Shown piece after piece: positions 12,501 to 25,570 of a stretch of 64,000 bases of DNA. Where the stretch lies: contig JASCQW010000098.1 in the NCBI GenBank assembly GCA_030264375.1, positions 45,550,077 to 45,614,076 of the forward strand, in the 5' to 3' direction. The position numbers and the translations under genes were made by a program. The notes beneath the pieces are model-generated. The model saw nothing but the letters and a program-made list of their open reading frames with translations, was not told the origin of the DNA and searched no databases. The DNA comes from Carcharhinus longimanus. Its lineage: Eukaryota. Position 1 is the first letter of the stretch; every line of letters starts with the position of its first letter.

Positions 12501-12625
12501 GGGCAGACCAGAAAGTGGAGTTGAGACCAGAATCAGATCAGCCATCATCTTATTGCCTGGCCGTTGGGCCCTTTAATAAGGTTGAAGGGCCTAATGGCCC
12601 ACCCCTGCTCCTAATTCTTGTGCAT
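9520..12625 (+). mobile_element. CR1/HER1-type LINE, decayed ORF2 (endonuclease + partial RT, internal deletion near 11680)
   Basis: LKALYxNA..ITE(I)WLQ endonuclease start ~10215; NYRPGSLT ~11657; CR1 3' UTR to ~12625; many stops and frameshifts. Confidence 0.85.
9612..10130 (-). mobile_element. tRNA-derived SINE with 15-bp TSD, containing a HER1 3' tail (9912-9997) and a gap
   Basis: Minus-strand A box tagctcagttgg and B box gggttcaattccc; TSD taagggtaaccataa (9597-9611) / taagggtaacaataa (10131-10145). Confidence 0.8.
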
Positions 12626-12663
12626 TCTTGTCTCTGAAACGAGCAACTTCATTAAGTTCAGAT

Positions 12664-13721
12664 TGATCCATTCAACAGCTTATGTTTTTCAAGTTTGGAA
12701 ATGGTGATCAGATGTTTGCAGTTGCTGATTATCTGTTTGCAGTGGGTTGTTCAGTTGCATTGATCATTTCAATGGTTTAATTCCTGGAATATGATGATAA
12801 ATAAAAATTTCAAACAATCAAACAAAGTAATTTTGCCCATTTTCAGTTGAATTGACAGCTTTGAAATTGTTGTGGTGAGAGGCTAAAGGCCATTCTGTTT
12901 ATTTTGGATCTTTTGATCTGAATCAAATGATGAGCGATGACTGGTCTTCAAGGAAGATATTTCGGAGGCTTCCTTCAAACAAAGGTACCAGCCGAGAAGC
13001 TTTCAGTCTTCCTTGGATGGGAGAGTGCAACCAATTGGTCTGTTCCATTTATTTCAGTATCTTCAAATAAATAGATTTGATCCATTTTCATTCCTTTCCA
13101 ATTATGCTTTGGTATAATCCATTTTGAATAGAAAGAAAATGAATTGTAAAAGATGAAGATCACTTCCCCCTTTTTCCCAGATTTCAGTTTATCAATACTT
13201 GAAATTTATCATCGGTGGTTGCTCTTCCACTCTTCTCTTGCCCATTGACATTCTCTTCCTAAATCCAACAGTCTTGCCTCTTTCCTGTCTGCTTGCTTCA
13301 TAAAAGCAATGTCCATTAAAAACTCTTTCCTTTAATAATGATTTTGCTTGCCTCAGCTTGTATACTTTCCTACTCTGTACCCCTCATATATTCTACACTG
13401 TGTATGAGATCCCTTTGTTTTGTAAAGAACATAGGAATGTAAGTTGGTGAGTTCATTGTTGATTTTGTATTGTAGCCGATATATTACATGTGATGATTNN
13501 NNNNNNNNGCCCATGTAAAGGACAGTAGCTGTTGGAACATGCTAATATTTTTCTGTAGAATGGAGTGATCCATTCAATCACCTATGTTTTTCAAGTTTGA
13601 AAATGGTGATCAGATGCTTGCAGTTGCTAGTTATATCTGTTTGCAGTGGGTTGTTTAGTTGTATAGATCATTCCAACGGTTTAACTCCGGGAATATGATG
13701 ATTGACAAAAATCTCAAACAA
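12664..13721. repeat. ~155-bp direct repeat pair (12664-12817 and 13566-13721)
   Basis: Colinear, roughly 85% identical by hand alignment. Confidence 0.9.
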
Positions 13722-15094
13722 CTTCTCTATTCAGATCAAGAAAATTTCAAACACTATCTCTTTTTTTCTCGAAAAATTATTGAAGACGTGTGCATTATAT
13801 ACAAAGTATAATAATCTTAAGGAAGTATCTTCCTTTGAGAAAAAAAATCCCTTTGCAAAGGTGATCTTATGCAGCCTGCCATCTGCTGTATGTACTTAAC
13901 AGTCTGGAAATCATTTCTGACAACAATGAGGGAGACATATACATGCTGACTGAAACTCTAGAATCTAGAGAAGCCAGAATATAACAGAATTACATTTTTC
14001 CTAGGTGAATTAGTTGTTTTGCTTTTAAGCATGTAAATATGTACATGCAAATTGTTGTTGTACATCTATGGTGACACTGATCACACATTCTCCTTCTCCT
14101 TTAAATATATTGATGTATCCGTGTGTCACAGTATTTTGCTTCTATCAGCTTGGTTGAGCAAATCTTTAACTCCCATTATCCCTTTGTTTATGTACATGTC
14201 CCTAAGCATTGCAATCTATTGCATGTGTCTCTCCACTCCAACTTACTGGACTTTTGGATAGAAAGTCAAAATGTATCCAAAATAATTACCATTTTATTAA
14301 ATAAATGTTGATGTTTTAAGTCCTGAAGTGATAGCTGAACTTTCCATAATATTCTCAATAGCTTTTGAAGTTTTTCCATTTTTTTTAAACGTTCAAATCT
14401 GGTGCATTAATGAATGAAAGTGTACCCCCAGCACACGTACGCGCATTTGGTATTACTGAAACTTATGCAGGTGTTCAGCATTTTTCTTTTTAAATGAAAA
14501 TAACTGTGTCAGATCATGGAATGAATGAGCTACGAGTGTTATGCCAGGTGGAAATCCTGTCATTTGTACATCTCCAGATGCTGGATGCATGTAGTAAATT
14601 ATTCAGAGGCATAGTCAGGACCATGTGGCAAGGCATTTAATGACTATCAGGATTATTGCAAGCAATGAACTGTGTAATGTCTTGTCCTCATGCTTTGTCC
14701 ACCTGTTAAAATGCAATTTTAAATTTGATCATTTCTTAGTGAAATAGATTCACATTAAATGCATCTGTATCTTGGTAGCTGCGGATATCAAATAATCACT
14801 AAACTGTGTTACCAGGTAGACAAATACCCTCAGGCTGCTGGTCTTTGAATTGGTAGATTTGGATTTGCATGAGTGCGGTTCACATGCTTTGTGCTGCACA
14901 GTCTCAGACAGACATTAGTTTGGTCTAAAGTTGCTTTGATATTATGACAGGAGTTCACTTTAAGTGGAGTTTCGAAATTTGATGCCTCATTGCCTAGTTG
15001 AATGAATACATTTGAATGAGCACAGGGAGTATGTTAATTAGACTCATCAACAAAAGTGTTGCCAAATAATTGCCTTATCAACTGCTAAGCAATT

Positions 15095-15540
15095 CTGGGA
15101 GGTTTGAATTGTAAGGAGAGGCTGGGACTTTTTTTTTCCCCTGGAGTGTAGCAGGATGAGGGGTGACCTTATCGAGGCTTATAAAATCATGAGGGCCATA
15201 GATAAGATGAATAGCCAAGATCTTTTTTTCAGGGGAGGGGAGTCAAAAACTAGAGGGTATAGGTTTGAGGTGAGAGGGAAAAGATTTAAAAGGGACCTGA
15301 GGGGCAATTTTCCACACAGAAGGTGGTGCGTGTATNNNNNNNNNNAATGAGCTGCCAGAGGAGATGGTAGAGGCGAATACAATTAAAACATTTAAAAGAC
15401 ATTTGGACAGGTACGTGGATGGCAAAGATTTAGAGGGAGATGGGCCAAATGCAGGCAAATGGGATGAGTTAAATTTGGGAAACCTGGTCAGCAGCGATGG
15501 GTTGAGTCAAAGGGCCTATTCTGTGCCATATATCTCTACA
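15095..15540 (+). mobile_element. HER1/CR1 LINE 3' end
   Basis: MRGDLIEAYKIMRAID..KTRG..RFKRDLRGNF, followed by the HER1 3' UTR. Confidence 0.9.
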
Positions 15541-15545
15541 ACAAT

Positions 15546-15615
15546 GGGCAGAATATTCCAGCCGCCTCGACCCAAAACTGGAAAATCCCACCCGTGGTCA
15601 ATGATCTTTTGCCCC
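15546..15615. mobile_element. Truncated PIF/Harbinger-like MITE
   Basis: gggcagaatattcc / ggaaaatcccaccc termini like the other copies. Confidence 0.5.
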
Positions 15616-16944
15616 CTATGACTCTAATGCTTCCTTTTTCTGGGTAGCCGATGTGATAAATGGTACCAATCTACAAATACATTATACTTCAGTTGTTTCT
15701 TAATATGTTTTAGTTTATTATAGATACACTTCTGGATTTAAATGCAAACATGTTCACTCCTTATGCTACAGTGGACAATTTGTCCAGCCCTTCTCCTAAC
15801 ACAATAACTCAGGGTAGCATTTAGTCCATGGGTACTTGTGGCCTGGCACTTCACTCACACGACCGTCTTCCAAGTGGAGTTTTGTTTGACAGTTATACTA
15901 TTTGAGAGAGACATGATCACAGAGCCCAATCCTCTTGAACAGCATCTACATTTCCTACAGATGTTTCGACCTTGATGGCAGTCTGGTCCCTAGTGATTTT
16001 ATTTTCTCCATAGTCTCAAAATCTTGAAAACTAAGCACTCTGTGGCCACCTCCATGTATTTTTCCTTCTTTTCTCACTTTTACCTATCTGCTCATGAAGG
16101 TGTTGATCTCACAGGGGTATGTTCCAAGGCCTGGTCTAAATGGTCATTCCTCATGTTCTCCATGTGAATCACCAGCTTAATCACTTAGTCATCTCTCTTA
16201 ACATCAACCATCCTCCTTCTCCATATCTATGATTCCCTTTTTAACCAATTCAGCTTCAAAAATGGGTTATAGTATAGCAGATAATTCCACTTTTTAACTC
16301 CCCTTTGTGAATGCCTTAGTCATGCTCTCCTCTCACTAATTAGTGAAAACGGTCCATCACTACTTACCTTATCATAACACCTCATAATTTCAAATCTTAT
16401 CAACTAGTGAAAAAGCCACAAGTTTCTCTTCAAAGCTGCAAATCTTTCTCTTTGCAAATGTTCACAGTGAATCTGTGCTATTATTTCCCCCATTTCTTTT
16501 CAGTTTTATTTTAATAGGGTGTCTGAAACTGCAAAAAGTCTTCAGCTATGGCCTAATTCATACCTTTAGATACAAAATCAAAGGATTAGTTTTCACTTTC
16601 AGGGACCCATTTCCATGGTGGTGTTACCATGGAAATATTCATGCATCTATGCACTACACCATCATAAAACCTTACAACTGCTTCTGCCACGTATCTGCCC
16701 ATTCTTGCAGGTTTTCAGGATCTTTATTATAACATTTCCATCTTTCTCAATTTGTTCTTAATTCTTGAATCCAAACTCATTTTGTAAACAAAATCCACTC
16801 CAATGTGGAGCATTACATAACAAATCTTTCCAATTTGAGAAACACTGCTTAGCCACAATGTATTGCTTTCTGACCTTCAACTACCATACTCCTTTCATTC
16901 CATGCACTATTCATTTTTTAATGTAGTTTTCTTATAAACCGTCA

Positions 16945-17178
16945 ATTGTTTATTTATTAATCATAAGTAGGCTTGCATTAACAGAGCAATGAAGTTACTG
17001 TGAAAATCCCCTAATCGTCACACTCTGGCACCTGTTCGGGTACACTGAGGACGAATTTACCATGGCTAATCCACCTAACCAGCATGTCTTTAGACCGTGG
17101 GAGGAAAGCGCAACACCCAGAGGAAACCACGTAGATATCAGGAGAACGTGCAGACTCCACACAGACAGTGACCCATGC
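16945..17178 (-). mobile_element. V-SINE with alternative (non-HER1) tail
   Basis: V core plus tail agtaggcttgcattaac..aatgaagttactgtgaaaatcccct; tail-only copy at 18281-18352. Confidence 0.8.
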
Positions 17179-17419
17179 CACTGTCATTTTTACTGAGTAA
17201 TCATTCACAGTAATGCTCGTAGGTTAATGTGGATTGACTGCTTCCCTTTGTCTTGTGCTAATGGGCAGAGTGGTGCAGGTCATGATCAGAAGAAAAGATA
17301 TTGCTCTCTTTCTCTGCCTCCACATCATTTATCATCACGGGAGCTCATTCCTTGCAGTTCTCCATCTGAATTTTTAAAATTTTAGTTTGTAATTCTACAG
17401 CACTGTTATAACTTGATTC

Positions 17420-17450
17420 GCTGTACATCTTAGCCGCTGTACATCTTAGC
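17420..17450. repeat. 16-bp tandem duplication
   Basis: gctgtacatcttagc(c) twice. Confidence 0.85.
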
Positions 17451-18889
17451 TGCTGTCCTCTCCTGTTTTCTGTTTGTTCCTCTCAACAACCTAGTTCAAG
17501 GATTCAGTCATTCATTTTGCTGTTTGGGCATGTGAAGGAGACTTCCTTAGTGTTGAGTCAGCTGATGGATTTCCATGTCCATTGCAGGTGGTGAGAGTTG
17601 TCCAATTGGTTCAATGCTTTGTGCATATACTTAAAAATATTCTGTCCACTGGCATCATTCTAAGGTCATAAAGTGCTTTATAAATTCAATTTATTTCTTC
17701 TCAAAGAGAGTCAGTGGAGTAGTTGGAGCTGAGGCTAATGCCCCTCTCAATTGGATAATGGGTATTTGACATCCTTTGTATCTGGTTCACAGTAGTTGTA
17801 CTAGGCTTTCAAATGCTCAAAGTGAAACCTTCATAATGATCCAAGCCTAGTTGAATTTATTGCCCAAGACTTAAAGATTCAAAGCATAAAATTAATCCTT
17901 TGTTTTGATACTGCACCCTTGCTAGGGGATGAAAATATTCTTTCTGGAGACGCTGGGGTTACTTCTTCCTCAGAGCTGGTAGTCAGGCATCTCAGTATAT
18001 CCTGAGTGGTATATCAAGGAACCGACCATTAACTCCACAGGCATCAGTGAGCTCAGAGGCAGAAGTCTCAGTAAAGGCACATCACAATACTTTTCAGGAA
18101 TATCCATCCCCTAGTCGATGCATTTTTGTCTCAGAAATGTAATCATTTTTTTCAAGAAGCGAGCTGATTTGCTGTTGACTAGATTAAATATACAAAACAA
18201 GTATCAAAATGTTAAAAGAACATAAATTAAACATAGTCAGCTGATAAGGATTGAATTATCACAGTTCCCTTTGTCATTTTAGTTTATTTATTAGTGTCAC
18301 AAGTAGGCTTGTATTAACACTGCAATGAAGTTACTGTGAAAATCCCCTAGTCAGATGTATTGTTGCTCATTTTCAGCACTTATTTTGCTTTCTGTTGTCA
18401 TTATGAGCTGAAGTGTCTTACTTAATGAAAAATGTGAAAAAATGGTGTTCAAAGTAGTTCTGAACCATGAACCAAAACCTCTAGTTTTGAATAGAGATTT
18501 ACAAATGTTGGTGCAGTCAGTGAAAAGGGGGAGATTGTAGAAAAGCTACAAAAGGGATTAGAAAGTTATATCGACAGTCTGGGCTATTCATATGTTAATG
18601 ATTGAGCTGTGCCCACTTATAAATAAAAATGGACGTTCAAGAGTTTGTACATTAAAATCAACCAAAACTAGTTGTTTGTTGATGAGGTGACTTTCATTCA
18701 GAAATCATTCTGATCTAAACCAATTCTATTATGCCAAAATTGTGAGTTTACCAAAGGACAGGGAATGGTTATGCATCTTGATGTTCAAAAATAACTTGGA
18801 TTATGATACATTTTGATTGGGATACAATAATGTTTGGATTATCATTGTTGGGTTGTTATAATTCACCAATGAGATTAATGACCGGTTAA

Positions 18890-19160
18890 TCATCTTTAGT
18901 GGTGGTGACTGAAGAATTAATATTGACCAGAACACCTACAGAACTTCACTGCTGTTCTTGAATAGCACCAAGGGATCTTTTGTGATCATTTGAGCAGACA
19001 GACAGGACCTTAGTGTAATACATCATCTGAAAAGGCAGCACACCTGACAGTGCAACACCTCCTCAGCACTGCTCTAAACAGGCAGCATTGATCAGTCTAG
19101 CTCAAGTCTTGATATTGGGCTTAAACACAAGTGTCTAATCCAGAGACAAGAGTGGTAAGC
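18890..19160 (-). mobile_element. DeuSINE (SacSINE1-like)
   Basis: gggatcttttg..catctgaaaaggcagca..gacagtgcaacacctcctcagcactg. Confidence 0.7.
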
Positions 19161-20089
19161 CAAGACTGGCACTGTTACACGGTGTTTGTAAAACTGCTTT
19201 TAATTTACATAGATTCTTATAAAGAAGCTGTTACGCAATGTTTTCATTGCAGTTTTCTCTCCTACTCTGACGAAAGTGCTGCTTTAACAGGTGTTGGTGA
19301 CCTTTCAATACTTGGCTCAGGCGAGTGCTGATGCCAGCTCTAACGTCCACACTGCCACTGTTGTTGAGCTCAAATAATTCTGTGCATACTGGGTAACAGC
19401 CTGTCACTTTGTGGTCTGTAATGATTTTGCCAACACAATTGGGTAAGTCAGGTTAAAGCTTATCTGCTATGTCAAACCTACTGTCACGTGGCAGAAAGCA
19501 GTAATAGAGTAAGCTGAGAAGTGACGGGAACAAAACACAGAAAATATGTCGCGTTCCTGAAATTACTTCCTTTAGGGAGAAAATAAGGTGTTTATTATCC
19601 TTAATAATTAGTTTTGCATCTTGTTAACCACACTGCATTTATAAAATAAACTCATTCTGAAAAAAGATATTGTTACTGTGTTATTTTGCATGCTGTGAAC
19701 AGGGTCCAGAAGTGTGCTTGTTGTATTTTATGTGCATACAGTAAAAATGAATAGAGGAGACAATTTTTGTCGCTGTTTTTTTTTCCCTGTTCTGTTTCCT
19801 GAAGGTGCTGATTTATGAATGCGATATGCTGCCCACTTGCACTTTGTGCAAGTGGGTATCCTTCATCTGTTGACAGCATGGTTCAGCCACATGGGGCAAT
19901 GCAGAGAAACACTTTCCTGTTCCCGATTTACACCAATGTGGGAACACTTTTCATCATTGTCTGATGATTAGTGTTGAGGAATGGCTATTCAAGCCAGTAT
20001 TCCCCCTTCCTAACCCAGAGGTGCTTAGGCCAATTTTAGTGGATCTATGCTTGCCTTAGTTATAACCAAAGTCAGTGAACTAAACATGG

Positions 20090-20570
20090 TCACTTGGTTC
20101 ATCCCTGGAATGGAGAGATTTCCTTACAAGGAGAGATTGAATAGATTTGATCCATATTCATTGGCGTTTAGAAGAATGAGAGGTGATTGTGCTGAGATAT
20201 ATCAGATTCTCAAGGGGCTTGACAGAATAAATGCTGAGAGGTTGCTTCCCTTGTGGAGAGTCTAGGACCAGAGGACATTATTTCAGAATAAGGGGTCACC
20301 ATTTAAGTTAGGTATGAGGTGGAATTTCTTCTCTGTCGATAGTGAATCTGTGGAATTCTTTACCGCAGAGAGCTGTAGAGGTTGGGTTGTTGAGTATGTT
20401 CGAAGCTGAAATAAACAGATTTTTAATCAGTAGGGAAATGAGGGAGTATGGGGATAAGGCAGGAAAGTGGTGTTGAGGATTACCACATCGGATCAATCAT
20501 GGTCACATTGAATAGTGGAGCAGATTTGATGGGCCAAAAGGCCTACTTCTGCTCCTGTGTCTTATGGTCA
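20090..20570 (+). mobile_element. CR1/HER1 LINE 3' end
   Basis: IPGMERFPYKERLNR..LAFRRMRGD..ILKGLDR, plus 3' UTR. Confidence 0.9.
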
Positions 20571-22294
20571 TGGACTCAGCTGCTTGCTGCCGTTATCAGC
20601 TATAAAATTGAATGATTATAGCATTAAAAAATTCCGTCTCCTCAAATTCCCCTGGAACTTGCCTCTCTGATACCAAGAACTCAGTTGGATTTATTTTAGA
20701 TATTTTAGACTGGCTAGAAGTAGCAAATTATTGCTCAGATTGGCTACTTTGTCCAATTTATCTTCCCTGTACTGAGAGATACATTTGTGAGCAATGTCTT
20801 TTGCTCACACTGACTTTCCATAATGACAACAGTGAATGATACTTCAAAAGCACTTGATTGGCTGTCAAGCAGTTTGGACATCCTGAGGTTGTGAAAGGCA
20901 CTATACAATTGCAACTTTCGTTTGGCATGGCAAACCACATTGGATTGAACTTGTTTTCTCTCGCTTTGTGGTACAGAGTTAATGCTCAGTGCAACTGTAT
21001 TGCTCTAATATTGCATTAAGTACCATAAAGTTCTGTTTTGTATGTGTTAAGTGTCTTATGTGTTTATATGTTTATTTTCTTAACCTGCAACTGGAGTTAA
21101 TTCTGCCAAGAAGCCTGAACTGTTTGGTGCAGCCAAAGGAAGCTTTTTAAACTTTAAATTGTCAGTGCCGTGCAAATCTGGTTGAGGCAGGAATCTAATG
21201 GCAGCTATATGAATAAAGTATAGTTGCTCCACATGAATCCGCTTTCCGTCTCTTTGGGTCTGAGTTGTGCTGCTTTTACACAAAGGAACACAGCATGGAG
21301 GGTAGTGTGTGACATATAGAATACAGTAATTGATAGCTAGGAGGAAGATGCCAGGCTAGTAACACAAAGCCACATGATCAGAGCTTGAACATTTCAAACA
21401 AGTCACTTGAACCCCTGAGGTTATGTTACTGTTACTAACTCCCTCCTGGCTATCTGCTACTTTGCCTTAATAACACTTTCCACAAATATTTTATTTTGAA
21501 TCATTTAATTTATGAATTCCTTGGGCAAAATTTCCAGTCATTAATGAATGGGAAAGGGTTTTTCCTTATTTCTTGATCTGTTGTAGATTCTATGGAGTGC
21601 AAAGTGCAAGACTTTGTGGTATAAGCCACAGAGAGATGCATGATCTTTATGAAGAGACTAGTCAAACGATAATATGCTTATTTTCTCCCAGCATTGTAAC
21701 CTGATTAATTTCTTGTCCAAATGTTGATTATTCACGACCTTTCCTGTTCTGATTTGTTCATCTGATAGAATGGGGAAGTCAGAATAATGACTTGTGCACC
21801 TTTCATTTGGCTGGAAGTGACATTCCTGAGTAAAGTCTGATTAGATTTTCAATACATATGCTAGTGAACGCATTTCAAAGGGCTGAAGATACCAAATAAC
21901 TGCTTCCAGTGCTTGCTGATCCTTAATAACTGATGGTTTAATACTCAGAGGCCACAGATGTTACCTATAAGTAATTGGTGCACCATTGCTCGATGTTGTT
22001 CCTTGTAGATCTGTCAGTTGTGGGTTGTTTTAATGCCATTATTATATGTGTGGTGTTTGAATTTATCATTGCAAGGCAACTGATTTTAAAGAGTGCATTT
22101 TAATTCCAATTTGAATTTTGTGCATGGTTTAAAAGTAAGTTGATGGTTGAGTCTGGCAAGTTATGCAAAAGGCTTTGTTTATTGTAAGCTTATTTTACCA
22201 TTGGAAAGCCGAGATGTGAAGAGTGGTTGTCCCCTGAGTAATAAACCGAATGTGCAGCCCACGTGTGACTTCCTCACATCCTGCATTAGGTTGT

Positions 22295-22500
22295 TTGGGT
22301 AGTTAGACTTTGTCTCATTGGTAGCCCAACCTCAATGAATCAGAAAGGCATTGGTTTGAAGACCCACTCCACTGACATGAGCACAACACTGAAGCTGAGA
22401 TTCCAATGCAATATTGAGGCAGCGCTGCACTTTTGGAGGTACCATCTGTCTGATGAGACATTGAACCAAGGACCCGTCTTCCATAGTACAAAAGCGTAGA
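22295..22500 (+). mobile_element. DeuSINE 5' part
   Basis: Head plus tgaggcagcgctgcac..tctgatgagacattgaaccaagg core. Confidence 0.65.
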
Positions 22501-23153
22501 GTGCACTTTGACATCCCACCCTCAACCCAAATCTTTTGATCTATTAGATAGGATTATGGCCCAGCAAAGATGAAGAAATGACAATGTATTGCTGAGTTAG
22601 AGTGGAGTTTGAACCGGGTTGGGGATAATGAACTCACAGTACTTTGATTCTTGTTCCTCTTGGTATTAGTTGTTGCAGGGGAGGGAAGTGTTGTCAAATT
22701 AATCTTGATGAGTTGTCGAATGACGTGGACCCACTTGTAACCTGTTTACCACAGTTCTGCCTGAGACCCCTTGGATCTGATTTTAACATATTCAAAACCT
22801 CCCCAGTTGCATTAAGTTAAAATTGGGGTCCCATATTTTGACTACAGATTAACCTAGTTTGCTATAGATGACCAAGAAAGTGCAGTTACCCCTTAAATCA
22901 TTGAAGGTTAGAATATTTATTGTGGTATCACTTTAATCTCTGGTATTCGCTGAGCTGGTTAGCAAATATTATAAATGTTTTAATACCTGCATTAACCTTC
23001 TCCAATCTGGTGTATTTCCTGTATCACTGTTCAGAATAAAGGACTTGGTGAGCTGAATGTAGCTTCACGGCACCAATTATACCAAATAAAAATGCAACCC
23101 CAGAGATGTAGTTTGCTGAGTACTGATGCAGCTGGATTGACAGTGGTGTAAAG

Positions 23154-23678
23154 CAGTGGTCAGGGGTGTGCCATAACCCCAGCGATATAACAGAAAGGGG
23201 GTGTTTCATTGTGCAATGGCAGATTTTCACGGATGAGGATTTTCTCCTGAGCTTTTCAATACAAGTGCCTCTAGTGTTTAGGCTTATATTCCACCAACCA
23301 GACTCACTGGCTGGTGGGGGAGGGGAGTCGGGTGGAGGGGCTGGTGGGGGAGAGGTTGAGAAGATAGGAAGCTAAGTGTGTGCTTGGGGGAGGGAAGTTG
23401 GGGGCTGCTGAGTGAGTGATTCTGTATGGGGGAGGGAAGGGGAAGGGATTTCTTGCAACTTCAAATGCTCATGCTCCAACAAATACGCTTGCCCATCACA
23501 TCTATGGTTTGCAATTTTTTAATTACAGTCATATATTTTATCTGTAAGTGGGTAATTGTGGTGATTTACATAATGTGTGGTCATTAGAGAGTTAATTAGA
23601 AATAAACGCCCACCGGGTTAAGGAAAAGGTTGGTAAATCTCATTGAGGGCATACAACAAAAAAGTTTGGGAACCGCTG
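23154..23678. mobile_element. Non-autonomous hAT-like DNA element with G-rich interior
   Basis: Ends cagtggt.. / ..aaaagtttgggaaccgctg; flanking 8-mers gtgtaaag / atgtaaac (6/8). Confidence 0.5.
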
Positions 23679-23997
23679 ATGTAAACAGCTTGGCAAGATT
23701 ATTAAATGTGCTGCTTTCTATTGATTACTGTAATTTGTAGCAGCTCTTTCCTTCCTCCAGGTTAGTATTCAACTGTTTGATGAATATTAATATCATTGGC
23801 AATGCGAGGCTTGTGTTTTCTGGTGACATACCTGAGTGAATGGTGCTAACTGACAATGTCAGATTAGTGAGGAATGTGGCACTGAATTAGTGATTTATCA
23901 TTGCCCAAACTGCCATCACAGTTCACTCTTCATTCTGTTTAATTTTGTTGTTTTTGTTTTCTTCAATTACTATAGCCAAGGTTTTTTGATCAATATA

Positions 23998-24310
23998 AGG
24001 ACGGCAGAGTGGTTAACACTGCTGCCTCACAACACCAGGGATCTGGGTTCAATTCCTACCTTGACTGACCATAATCTCCCTGTGTCTGCATGAGTTTCCT
24101 TCCACAGTGCAAAAATATGTGGGTTAGGTGAATTAGCCATGTTAAATTGCTCTTTAGTATCCCAAGGTGTGTAGGTGAGATGGATTAACCATGTGTGTGG
24201 TTACAGGAAAGGGCCTTAGTAGGATACTCCAATGGAGAGTTGGTGCAGACGCAGTGGGCTGAATGGCCTTATTCTGCACTGTAGGAATTTTATGATTCCA
24301 AGATTCTATG
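23998..24310 (+). mobile_element. HE1 SINE
   Basis: Head gtggttaacactgctgcctcac, B box gggttcaattcc, HER1-like tail. Confidence 0.85.
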
Positions 24311-25283
24311 ATTACTTCATGTTAATCTAAGAAAAAAGCTCCTGATGTTGAAGTAAAGCTTGTGTATTTAAATGTCCAGAGTGCAAAGGGTACATGCACC
24401 TGTAGGTATCCTCTATGGATCGTATTACCCATTAGTTTGTGCACAAGTTAAAATAAACAGATTAAATCACTGATGCCTTTTCTGAGCTAATGCTGATGAT
24501 GACAGCAGCTGCTGTCCCTGCAGGATTGCCACTGGCTTCTAAGTACTCGTATGCAAAAGGGCTTGATGTTGTGGGAATGGAGATGTGTGGGAGCAGAGTG
24601 AGAAATGGCCTGAATATGATGAGGTACAAGTATGAACTTGACTGTAGTGCAGGTAGCAATTCAGTGCAGAAGGGAGGAAGGAGATGCTGCTGCCAGAAGC
24701 TGGTGAGTGTTCAAAGCTTTAATTTGGTGAGCAGGTAGGTGATTGTGTGAATTTTTAAGATTGTATTGCTCTAAATGCGGGCAGTAGATTAAACCGGTAT
24801 TGGGAAGACATCAGTATTGCATTAAATTTACAGCTCAACTTGTTAAACTACTTGGTGTAATTGCAGAAAGCCGTTGAGTGATATTCTTAAATTTGAAACC
24901 TAATTAATTAAATAAATAAAAACGGAAGTGGAATAGCAGAATGTGTTGCAGCTGTGGCATGTGAGGGCTGTTGGACACCAGTGTGATCCACTGAAACCAC
25001 GTCTGCAGTAAGTGGTTGGTTGCTGCTCAAGGAACTTTGGCTCAAAGTTGCTGGGCTGCAGTATGCATTTTGGACACTGATGGATCAGGGAGGGGGAAAG
25101 TTATCTGGATGCTTTGTTCGAAGAGGGAGTCACATGCTTTAGGCTAGATACTGTAGATTTGATCCATGGTCAGGCACGGGGGGATATGACTAGGAGTGAG
25201 CTAGGTGTAGGGGTGCAAAGGTACCAAAGAAGCAACCTTAGACCTTCCAATTATGAAAAAAAGTTTTGGGTTCTTGCAAATTA

Positions 25284-25570
25284 TCATAGAATCCCTAGAG
25301 TGCAGAAGGAGGCCATTCAGCCCGTTTAGTCTGCACTATCCACAATCTCACCCAGGCTCGATTCCTGTAACCCTATATATTTACCCAGCTAATCCCCTGA
25401 CAATAGGGTCAATTTAGCATGGCCATTCGACCTAACTGGCATATCTTTCGATTGTGGGAGGAACTGGAGCACCCAGAGGAAACCCATGCAGACACAGGGA
25501 GAATGTGCAAACTCCACACAGACAGTGACCTGAGGCTGGAATTGAACCTGGTACCCTGGCACTGTGCGCC
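25284..25570 (-). mobile_element. HE1 SINE
   Basis: Reverse complement of V core (tgtgggaggaactggagcacccagaggaaaccc) and tail. Confidence 0.9.

Noticed and set aside
19832-19856. Short perfect hairpins/palindromes (also 5027-5044, 5581-5600, 52925-52953)
   Set aside because: 9-11-bp arms, some inside old repeats; too short to support a function
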